This document shows positions 53,401 through 64,000 of a stretch of DNA of 64,000 nucleotides, in pieces (position 1 is the first letter of the stretch; every line of letters begins with the position of its first letter). Both the position numbers and the translations under genes were made by a program. The notes under the pieces are model-generated. The model was not told the DNA's origin. It did not search any database and saw nothing but the letters and a program-made list of their open reading frames with translations. The stretch lies in the NCBI RefSeq assembly GCF_001194135.2, contig NC_068988.1, positions 5,011,512 through 5,075,511 on the forward strand. Reading direction: 5' to 3'. The DNA comes from Octopus bimaculoides. Taxonomy: Eukaryota.

Positions 53401-55542
53401 AAAATCAACAAGAAGACACTTATCTTTATGGGGCGTTTTAACAGTGCGAGCGATATGTGTAAAAATAGGTATTTCAAACTCACGTTTTTCATTTCTGTTC
53501 TGGTTTTCATGGGAAATCTCCAAACGTCATTTTATAAAATTAATATTACATTCTTCTTTCAAACCTCGTGAAAAGGAGCCACTCAGAGAACGGTCCTCTT
53601 GTGAAACTGTGTTGTTACTTAAGCAATATTTGAAAAGCAGTTTTTTTTTTCACTTCGAAACCAACATATTTTTCACCAAACCAGGTGAACATTAAAGTAC
53701 TTACATAAATCTCACTTAGCTCTATGCATACGTGGTTAACAATTCAGTCCTTGTGTTCAATCTGTAACTTCCATGATGATTTTTTTCTTACAAAGCTCAC
53801 ACTGCCTTTTTGTCATTTGAAGTTGTCCTTATATGGTCGTACGTCATCTACATTCGACTAGGCCAGTTTAAATTCTCTTACCTCTAGAAAGAACCTCTAG
53901 AAATTCACTGTCGAAATGAATAACATGTAACAGAGTAAGCGACCTAAGCAATGGGTTTGAACAATATTATTTTACTTTTAATATTCTATCAGTGTTCTCG
54001 CTCTACAAATGTTCTTCCAGAAATGTATAGACATGAATCTGAGTTATCAAATTTATGATATATTTACGTATAAATAGTAAAATGCAGCTTTCAGAACGAA
54101 AACCAGTTCTTTCATATCAAAGTAAAACTGTATTCTGATTTTAGATGCGATCCCTGGTGGATCAGTTTCTATATTTCAGTTTTCCAAATGAAATATGACT
54201 AATGTTTTTTTCCATAATTTTACTGTCACACACTAAACTACATCCCTGTAAAAGATTCAAAAATAAAAACACAATCACGTGAATATAAATTTTAATAGAG
54301 GCTATACAAGACGACAGGAATTCCATTACATATTTAGTGAACGATCTCCCGCTAACGCATCAAATAAATCTATTTTCTTCAACAGTTGCTGTTCAATCAT
54401 TTTACATTAGCTTTTCAAAATTTCTTTGATAATTTGCATGTGGTCTAAAAGCTTACTTGTATAAATACCAGTCTTTTATATATATATATATATATATAAT
54501 GGAATAGAAAGTAAAAATAAAATAAAGCTGGAGCAGGCGTTTGTTACTAACATCAAATCGTTAATAAAACAGTTATAAAGAGTGAGTATAAATATAATTA
54601 AGCAGGAAAATCAGGGAAACGAGAATTCACAGTAGTTCTTCGTAGATATGTAGGCATCCGGAAAAGTCATACTCTAAAATCACAGATAAAAGGGACACCT
54701 ATTTGTGCAAGGCTTTGTTACAGTTCAGCACAGATAGGTGTATATCTGAAGAGTCCATATTCAAACCTCACAAATAAGAGAGAGAAGGACAGGAGTAAAC
54801 CCTTACAGCTGTTTCTGGGGTTTGGTGCTCAGTAAGTGCACTATTGTCCCTTGTGTGTACATACACATGAAGTAGATTGATGTTAGTGAATGTATGTGAA
54901 TTGACTTGTTTCTATATTGACTCGTACAGGTCTTATATAATTTGTATGTTTAAATATGGAGTGAGCTGAGTGACTAAATAATGCTCCATTTCAATTTTTT
55001 TGGTAATATTTAATATATTTTCACCAAATCTTCTGCTGAATAGATAATTCATGCAGTTCTAATCCCTACATTTCAACTATATCCCAATATATTTTCGCAA
55101 AATCATCTGAAAAATACAGTGACAGAAAATTATATAACAGTATTTGGATATTTTTTGTAAGACAACACAAAAACAGAAACCACTTGAGATTTATATTTCT
55201 GTTTAGGTATTGGCGATGTTAGCAATCGTTAAGCTCAGCCGATACCAAAACCAGTAATCTCACTTTCTCGTTCAGAAAGGAAGAAATAGAGAAGGTATAA
55301 ACGAGAACATAAAGAGCTAAGAAATAAAGAATAAAATTTGACTAATTGCTTTTGTTACCTTCGTGAATCTTATATCTTAGGTATTCTTAGTCACTGCAAG
55401 CATTAATCAAAGGAAACACAAAAAGCAAAAGAATATTGATTTTACACATGAAATCTTCAAAGTTTCTTATGGTGCTCTCATCCTTGTTATACGATATATA
55501 ACAACACAATACACATAAGCACACAAATGCATTTAGTATTAT

Positions 55543-56214
55543 TAAGTCGCCGAGCTGACAAAATTATTAATTAGCGCACCGGACAAAATGTTTAACGGCG
55601 TTTCTCCCAGCCTTACGTTCCGAGTTCAAATGCAACCGATGTCGACTTTGCCAACCTGAGATCAACTGGTCCTTACTTTATTGTTTCCGAAAGGCTGAAA
55701 TGCAACTGACCCCTCCCTTAAAATTCCTGGTCTTATGCCAAATTTTGAAACCATTAAGGTGGCAAGCTAGCAGAATCGTTCGCACGACGGACAAAATGCT
55801 TAGCGACATTTCGTCCGACTCTTACCGTTCTGGGTTCAAATTCCACCGTGGTCGACTCTACTTTTCAGTCTTTCGAGGTCCACAAAATAAGTAGCAGACA
55901 AATACTGGAGTCGATGTAGTCGACTAGCCCCTCCCCTCAAAACTACAGTCTTGTGCCAAAATTTGAAATCATTCACATTAAGTCAGCAAACTGGCAGAAT
56001 GGTTAGCACGTCGAACAAATTGCTTACAGTCTGTTTTTAGATTTACTTTCTGAGTTCAAATGCCAATGTAGGCTTTGCCTTTCATCCTTTCGCAGTCGAT
56101 AAAATAAGTACAAATCAAGTAATCGACTTTCCCACTACCCAAAATTTCAAGCCTTATGCCTACAAGACAAACGATGATGATGATGATTATTATTATTAGT
56201 AGTAGTAGTAGTAA

Positions 56215-56245
<31 letters not shown>
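55543..56245 (+). mobile_element. Three head-to-tail family A SINEs followed by a (GAT)n(TAT)n(AGT)n tail
   Basis: Heads begin at ~55543, ~55755 and ~55978, each after ttaag. Each copy runs to a ttatgcc/ttgtgcc tail motif. Confidence 0.85.
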
Positions 56246-56246
<1 letters not shown>

Positions 56247-56996
56247 ATATACGGTAATTCGTTAACTTGAAATGTAAGCTATGGCTGAGGGAACACGCAT
56301 TTTAAAGACTTCTATGAAAAGTAGCTACTCTTACTGAAACATCTTTTCTTTCTTTGGACAAAAAACAAGAGTTGACTTGTTTCACTGCTATTTTCAGAGA
56401 ACTCTTATTTATNNNNNNNNNNNNNNNNNNNNNNNNNNNNNNNNNNNNNNNNNNNNNNNNNNNNNNNNNNNNNNNNNNNNNNNNNNNNNNNNNNNNNNNN
56501 NNNNNNNNNNNNNNNNNNNNNNNNNNNNNNNNNNNNNNNNNNNNNNNNNNNNNNNNNNNNNNNNNNNNNNNNNNNNNNNNNNNNNNNNNNNNNNNNNNNN
56601 NNNNNNNNNNNNNNNNNNNNNNNNNNNNNNNNNNNNNNNNNNNNNNNNNNNNNNNNNNNNNNNNNNNNNNNNNNNNNNNNNNNNNNNNNNNNNNNNNNNN
56701 NNNNNNNNNNNNNNNNNNNNNNNNNNNNNNNNNNNNNNNNNNNNNNNNNNNNNNNNNNNNNNNNNNNNNNNNNNNNNNNNNNNNNNNNNNNNNNNNNNNN
56801 NNNNNNNNNNNNNNNNNNNNNNNNNNNNNNNNNNNNNNNNNNNNNNNNNNNNNNNNNNNNNNNNNNNNNNNNNNNNNNNNNNNNNNNNNNNNNNNNNNNN
56901 NNNNNNNNNNNNNNNNNNNNNNNNNNNNNNNNNNNNNNNNNNNNNNNNNNNNNNNNNNNNNNNNNATGTGTGTGTTAGATATACATGTGTTTCTAT

Positions 56997-57190
56997 ATAA
57001 GTACATGCGAATTTATGTATTTATAAATAAGCACATGCGAATTTATATGTCTTTATATATAAGCACATACGAATTCATATATGTCTTTATATATAAGCAC
57101 ATACGAATTCATATATGTCTTTATATATAAGCACATACGAATTCATATATGTCTTTATATATAGGCACATACGAATTTATATGTGTTTCT
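56997..57190. repeat. Minisatellite, ~6 units of 30-34 bp (ataagcacatacgaattcatatatgtctttatat)
   Basis: Direct reading. The central units are identical and the outer units are diverged. Confidence 0.9.
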
Positions 57191-60100
57191 TTTTTATATA
57201 TTTATAGAGAGAGAGTGAAAGCGGAAGAGCATAACTCTTACTCTTGGCACACTCTCCGCAGAATGAGATTCTTTTGATGGGTTCCCACCCCCTTTAGTTT
57301 GACGCCTAGTTCCCAGCAGATCAGAAGAGCCCTTTTATTCTAGGTACCAAGTTCAAAGAACATTCTAGAAATTTTCAAGTCACGTGGGCTTCTTGCCCTC
57401 AGAAGTCAGATTTGTTACGCAAAATACAAAAAAGTCTGTTATCAGCAGCTAAATAAAGATTGCCTTAAAATCAGCAGGAATTCATGCCAGGAGAAAATCT
57501 GAGCTGATGCTACATACGCACGCACACACACAGAGTGTATTCAAGAACACGATACCTACTATTAGGGCAAACTGAATAAACCTTCTTAAAACTGTTTGTA
57601 TTTTTATTCTGTATTTAAGTTTTCCAATGAAGTATTTTTTGACAAAAGCAGAGTAATTCAATCTGCTATTGTGATTTATTATTATTATTTTATCCTCCTT
57701 TTCTTGAACAAGTTTATTTCAATTCCTGTTCCACTAAAGCTTAACTTATACGGGAAAGGGGAAGCAAAAACACTTGGTTTTAATCAGGGCTGCAGACACA
57801 AATATAACGAAATTACAGGAGCTGGAATATAAAGTTAGGCGTTTCTTGAAAGCTGTGAATGATAAAGCAAAGCATGGTAGAGCTAAATTTGGAATCTAGC
57901 GATAAAACATTACAGATGGGAACCATTCGTCAGTTGTTGTTGAGGAGTAAGAGGAATGAAATGCAATTAGAAGTGGGTGGAGGAAGAAGAAAACAAATTA
58001 GAAATGAAAAATAAAACAAGGAAGATACAAACGCAGATGTCACTCGTGCACACACACACACACACACACACATTTATACACAGCTGACTGGGAATGTGTT
58101 GAGTTAAATATCTCTACATAAATGCGAGATCTCCATCTCTCTTTGATTATGATGAATGGGTAGAACACTTAAAGAGAGTGGGGGACGTTATTCGCCCCTT
58201 TACTTGGATCCTACCCAAATATGTTATTACCATGTGGAAACATTTACACAAGATTAAAATAAGAGCAAAAATCGAGTATTAGGACTACAGATAAGCTTTT
58301 ATCCATTTTTTCTGAATTTTTTATCACATCGTCTGCTTTGTTCAATTAGTTTCTCTTCCTCACTCCTCACGTATTAAAATTAGTACGATTTCATAATGCC
58401 TGGTAGCAAATATAGGTTAAAGTACTTTACTAAAGCAATGGGCGTTGTGCAACGGACGTGACCGAAAAAAAAAATGAAGAAAAAAAGTCTTTACTTCTCA
58501 TGAACTATCTATACTGTTTTGTCCTCCATCAGAGGAGAGTTCGTTGAATATGCAGAGAGCAAAATCTTGCGTGTTGTTTTTATTCTTGTCAGTTATACTA
58601 ACCAGAATATTGAGGTAAAAGGAACATGGAGAGAATGGTTGAAATGCTGGGCCTGATTCTCTGCTTCACATCCAGTTGGCTTGTTCCTCACTAAATATTA
58701 ATGTGTCATTAAGCTAAAAAGTGAATACCGTAGGGTCAGTGAAGCAAAGGATAGCTGTGTATGCACACTAAACGCTTGTATCTATCTCAAATTAAATATT
58801 CACTGCATCCATGAGGACTATACACATAGCTGGAATAAGCCATAGAACACAATTGAAGGGGAAAATAATATTTATACATTTTACGTTTGAGTTTTGAATT
58901 CAATTATCCAATATATACATAAGTCGAAGCTAAATTAATTGAGGCCTTAAAATAGACATTATGATGTGATTTAAAGGTAGATGTGAAAACATGAAGTATA
59001 TTTTAAAGCTTATTTTACAAAGGTGGGAAATACATTCATTTCTTTACAAAAGAAATTAAACAAAAGACTACTCCTAGGCTGTAAATAACGATTTTCTCGT
59101 GATTTTATAGACCTTGTTTAACCTAGATAAAGTGAAATATAAAATAAGAAAACTTTCAAATTGATACTAAATTTTAAAATCGCTGCCTCCTCCAACCTGG
59201 TTCCGCCTATTATTACATCTGTATTCCATATTTTGTGATAATATTTTCTAACTATATTTTATAAGGTTAATTTGGAAACATCAAAGACATGGTGGAAACC
59301 GAAAACTAGTTAACAGCTAATGCTAGCAATAAACATACAGTTTATGCGTTAGATCGATGTTATATTCAATATATATATATATATACAACATTACAGTATC
59401 AAATGTAACTAGTAGTATAGCTGGAGAAGGCGGTGTTTATCTTTCCAAAGTTGTACAATAGCAGATGACATAATTGTGAATGATACCTGAGCGTATGTAT
59501 GGAAGTGCGATGTTTAGGTTTTTCTTGGAATAAAATTATTCCTGCATTCTTTAGTGAATCAAATATTTACCCATACTTGGGAACCTATCAAGGTTATATG
59601 CTAAAGAGAAAGATATTGATCGATTGTGCCGTGAGATGATGTGGTTAACTAAATTCTTAAGAAAATTATGAACTAATTAAAAATAAACTTAAGATATAAC
59701 AAGACAATCTGAAAGTGGGAATAACATTTCTCACTCTTTCTCACATACACACAGATTCTGTGTGTGTGACTTGTTTTACTGTGGAGTGGGTGTCATTTTC
59801 CGAAAATTTTATATATTTAACTTAATTGGAGATTTTAAAATGACTTCACAGAGAAACATTTTAAAAAATCGAATAGTTTTAATTCGAAACTACAACGAAG
59901 TAGTTCTAATATCAAAACAACACATTTACTATGTCTTATTGGGTTTAGTGTACAACTAAATACAATGTAGCAAAGCCATTTTTAAAACTGCGATTTTGTT
60001 TGGCTCTGAGTGTGCTGACAGCAGAAACTTACATTCAGTTTGCGGGTTAGGAATATGTTTACGAGTGGTGCATTTTGAAATCATTTGTGGTAGTAAAATA

Positions 60101-60852
60101 GAGTTAGATTTTTAAATGGTTTTAAATGTTTACAGAAATATATTCAACAACGATGCTATCAAATTACTCCAAGTAAATAAACATCGAAAATTGCGGGAAA
60201 TAAAATGGTGGGCGGAAGACATTTTACTCCTAATTTAATGTATTTGTTTTTCTTTTTTCTTATCTTTTTTTCTTAACTCATGTTTATGTTTTTAAAAATA
60301 TTGCTGTCCAGATAGTATTTAAATTTGGTGGAGTTTTACAGCAAAAATTTATTAAAACATTTCACCGTTACGAAGATAATATTCATTTGCAGTGTGTTAA
60401 TGCAACACTTTATGACTTAAAAAAGAGAGAGAAGGTAACTTGATATGGAAATAAGATGAGGAGTGAATTAATTGGTGCTACAAGAATTGTGCATTAAATT
60501 GACAGACTGAAATAAAGAGCAGTGAATGCGGAAAGATAGATATCTTTAAACAAATACCAGTTAACAAAAATAAATCATAAAGCTCTCTCTCTCTCACCTT
60601 CCCTCTTTCTCCCTCCCTCCCTCATGTGTGCGTGTAAGTATATATACGTATATACATATATATCATTTATACACATTAATACATAAGTATATTCATACTT
60701 ATATATACATGCATAAATACATACATATACATAAAAAAACATATATACATAAATGCATATTTACATAAAGACATAAGTGTGTGGATGTATGTGGGGGTGG
60801 GTGTTGTCGCTATCGTATTATTCTTTCATTCATTTTCTGGTTCTGTGAGCAG

Positions 60853-60878
60853 CAACCCCAGGAAAAAAAGCCTCTACC

Positions 60879-60910
<32 letters not shown>

Positions 60911-61142
60911 CCGCTTTTACAACAATCTCTACACTGCGCACACTCTTGGCAAATCTCCATTTCTCTCCCCTTCCACCCCTCCAGCTGTGTATACACTCAA
61001 GCCAAGTGCGAATGTACCGTCAATTACTTCAAACCAACAAGGTCACCAGTACTGCCTGATGGGGGCCCGTCCATTACACTCAGACACTGTGCCCAAAATT
61101 AGCACATGCCCACCAAAGTCTTCCATCTCCCCCTCTCTATAG
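60853..61142 (+). other. GC-enriched island with an open frame encoding poly-Thr/poly-Ala (candidate terminal exon or regulatory island)
   Basis: After ttcattttctggttctgtgagcag| the frame reads TPGKKASTTTTAAAAAAAARFYNNLYTAHTLGKSPFLSPSTPPAVY..SISPSL*. No homology recognised. Confidence 0.25.
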
Positions 61143-62030
61143 GGGCCTAACCTTGTCTTTGGGAACCTGTTACAATGTGACATGGATCTTAGAAATGCAG
61201 TTTCTCTGACTGTCAACTATTGCCCTCACTGTTAATATTTATACCGTAAACGAGGAGACTACATTTAGCAAAAGTCGTCTATCACATTGGATCTCTCTCT
61301 CTCTCTCTCTCTCCCTCTCTCTCTCCCTCTCTCTCTCCCTCTCNNNNNNNNNNATGATCACGTTTTTGATGGGTATTTTAGTTTATTATCCTCGAAATAA
61401 TGAAAGCTGAACAAATACTGCGAAACATTTTTTTCTGATGTTCCAACGATTCTGCCAAACCATTGCCTTGCAAAGATGAAACAATTGCATGGAAGACGAC
61501 GATCCAATCTGGAGAATTAGATTGGCTAATATTGGTTTCAAAACGTTTTCAATTTCATTTAAGAGATTCAATTTTTTATTATTTTTTTTTTTAATTGTCT
61601 CTTCTCTTTAAGTCAACGAACTAGAAACCTCATCTTCTTCAAATATCGCGAAACTGAGCCGGAATGATGATGGGCATTAGAGTTAATCCGTTGGATAGAA
61701 ATTGCTGTCAATGTTTGGATTAAGATTAGATAGAATAAAGAATTAAACAGTTAACTAAAGCTGAGTAGCAGACAGCAACCGAAATCAAATACAAATTGGT
61801 GTTTTATGACATGTAGGAAATAAAAAATATTGTGGGGAAGAATTATAGCCACCTACGTCAGTAATTTCAATGAGAAAGCAATGAACAACACAACTTCACA
61901 AATTACTTCCATTAAAGAATACATGTATTATGCCAAATCAAATTAAGGTCCTATCTGTCCTAATGTTATATCTCAGAATACTAGCGAGTAATAAAATGAG
62001 AATTAGATTAATAGTTTCCACAATACTTAC

Positions 62031-62223
62031 TTGAGGAAAAAATCTACTGCATCTTCTGGGGCAACAAAGTGTCTGGTGAGGAATCTACTACAAAACTGGT
62101 CGTAATATAATGTACGTTGAAATAAAATGACAACGATTTGATAGCTAGGCTAAGGACTCACTCTGAACCAGTACAAGATACCAAAGATAGCATTAAAGTG
62201 GACGCCTCTTTGAAAGTGAACGC
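62031..62223 (-). other. Candidate phase-compatible exon pair (62223-62162 and 62072-62031) with an 89-nt intron
   Basis: Donors are GTGAGT and GTAAGT; acceptors are tacag and ctcaccag. The spliced frame reads AFTFKEASTLMLSLVSCTGSEHFVAPEDAVDFFL. Confidence 0.2.
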
Positions 62224-64000
62224 CTGTACGACTAAAGGACGCTTAGTTTAGAACATCGGAAGGAAACTAAAGAGAAATATATTTAACATACAACAAGGTA
62301 CAGAATTTTGCTAAAATCCAGTCTGGGAAGAAGTTTGAAGCAAAAATCATAAATTAGTATTGGTGATTCAGTTGTTGCATTATTTGAATTGAACCGTGCT
62401 TCAAAATTGGTCTTAATGTAATTAATTTCTCTGCTATTTATAAACAACAGTTCACGGCGTTAAAATATCAGATGTTATTTACGATATAATATTTAACTTT
62501 TACTTTCAAACCTTAAAGACTTTTAAAGGAAATGAGTATTTAATGTTTTTAATTAGAATCATACGTGTGCCTTCACTCTTTGTTATCTTGGAATGATTAA
62601 ATATTGAGCGCATTGTAATTAACAAAATGTCCATAAAGAAATAAAAGATTGTATTTCTGGTAAGTGACTATCGGTGAGATTGAGCTTTACATTTATTTGG
62701 CATATTTGAAGATTTTGAAGAGGAAGAGAATTGGCGGGGGTGGGCAAACGGGGATAGCTACATCAGTTTATTTAAGATGATAGCATAGCAGCAAATGTTA
62801 GACGAACAAAATGGTTTCAGTGTTTATTTAGTTTTTCTTGCTGAATGTTTTTCGTCGTGAATGGATCAGAATGAGGAATTGCAATGTAAAGGAATAAAAT
62901 ATGATTATTGATTCAGTGAAAGATATCATAATACCTGCCATTTTCAGAGTTCAGAATCAACTTAAGTAATATTCATCTCTAATGGAAATTAGATTATTCC
63001 TATTATGCAATGCCATTCTTCGAAGTAAATATCGAGTCTATAGCAAATGTTTGGCGAAATCAGAAGATAAGGAGTCGGAAAAAAAAAGAAATGGTAAGAG
63101 TAGAAATAATTGAGGCAAAAAAAAAGAAACAGAAGAAAAAAACGAGGAGAATTCAAAGAAAATATTCAGCAAGAGATTGTGTGAAAATATTTGTGCGGTG
63201 TCTCTACTGTTGTACAGTGTCTGTACAATGTCTATACAGTTGTACAGTGTCTCTAAAGTGTGTGAATATATTCTGCTCGATTCTAAAATAGAAATCAAAC
63301 ATCGAAGATATAATAATTGATTTTATTAATCTCGTTTTTTGTTTTTTCTTTTCATTATTTTGATTCATTATTTTTATGAGAAATGATAAATACTTTGAAA
63401 AATGAGGCAATGAATTCGTAGTAAACTAAGACAGCACCGACCATTAGTTGCATTGAATCAACTAAAGCCTTATTATAACACTGTGTTCTATTAACCTAAC
63501 TCAAGGAGAAATTGGGTTTTCTTTTCCATGATCAATCGGCTTAAAATTTAGGCCTCGCAGCAACCATAGTCATGTTTGTTTGCTTTTTATTTGCGAGGTA
63601 AACACAATCCGCATTGAAATTGAATCTTCACTGATGTTTCCGCTAGGACTTAATAAATAAAAGAAGCTTGACTAATTAAAAATGCTACTATCTCAATGCA
63701 AACTGATTGCATGGAATAAATAAACCGAAAGCAACATTAAAAATTAAAAATACAAAAATATATTGATAAAAATTTTAGTTCAGAGAATTTAAAAAAAAAA
63801 AGAAACGAGATGTTTTCTTTACAACTCACCAACCTACAACTGTTTTTTGTACAAATACACACACAGAGGACGAGGTGAGGATAAAAGAAAAATAAAACAC
63901 TTTAGATGATTGTGCTACGGTTCTACTTTCAAATCCTCTTGTGACCGTTTCAAAATCCAAACATCGATGATTTTTCTATATGTAGTGAGTGTGGTTATTG

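Overview
AT-rich eukaryotic genomic DNA from a short-read assembly with 10 N-gaps, most of them flanked by microsatellites. The SINE families and repeat landscape look like a coleoid cephalopod, most likely Octopus; this is my inference from recognising the repeats, not a database result. I found no host protein-coding gene I can call with confidence. Almost all supplied ORFs are artefacts of microsatellites, N-runs or SINEs, and the window reads as a very long intron or an intergenic region. The well-supported content is transposon-derived. It includes a 3'-truncated R2/HERO-like non-LTR element (3.75-5.67 kb), an R4/Dong-like endonuclease fragment (16.9-17.2 kb), a Penelope-like GIY-YIG remnant (27.9-28.1 kb) and an RTE 3' end (47.7-48.1 kb). 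It also includes an internally deleted hAT element (43.7-44.9 kb), a Charlie-type hAT MITE (37.7-38.0 kb), a ~310 bp foldback element (2.2-2.5 kb) and about 18 copies or fragments of at least four modular tRNA-derived SINE families (labelled A-D here). The best leads are a minimal hammerhead-ribozyme-like motif in a TA-embedded repeat just downstream of the Penelope remnant, a textbook recursive-splice (AG|GTAAGT) signature, candidate microexons, and SINE module swapping, inversion and head-to-tail stacking. Element boundaries were read by eye and may be off by about 10-20 bp.
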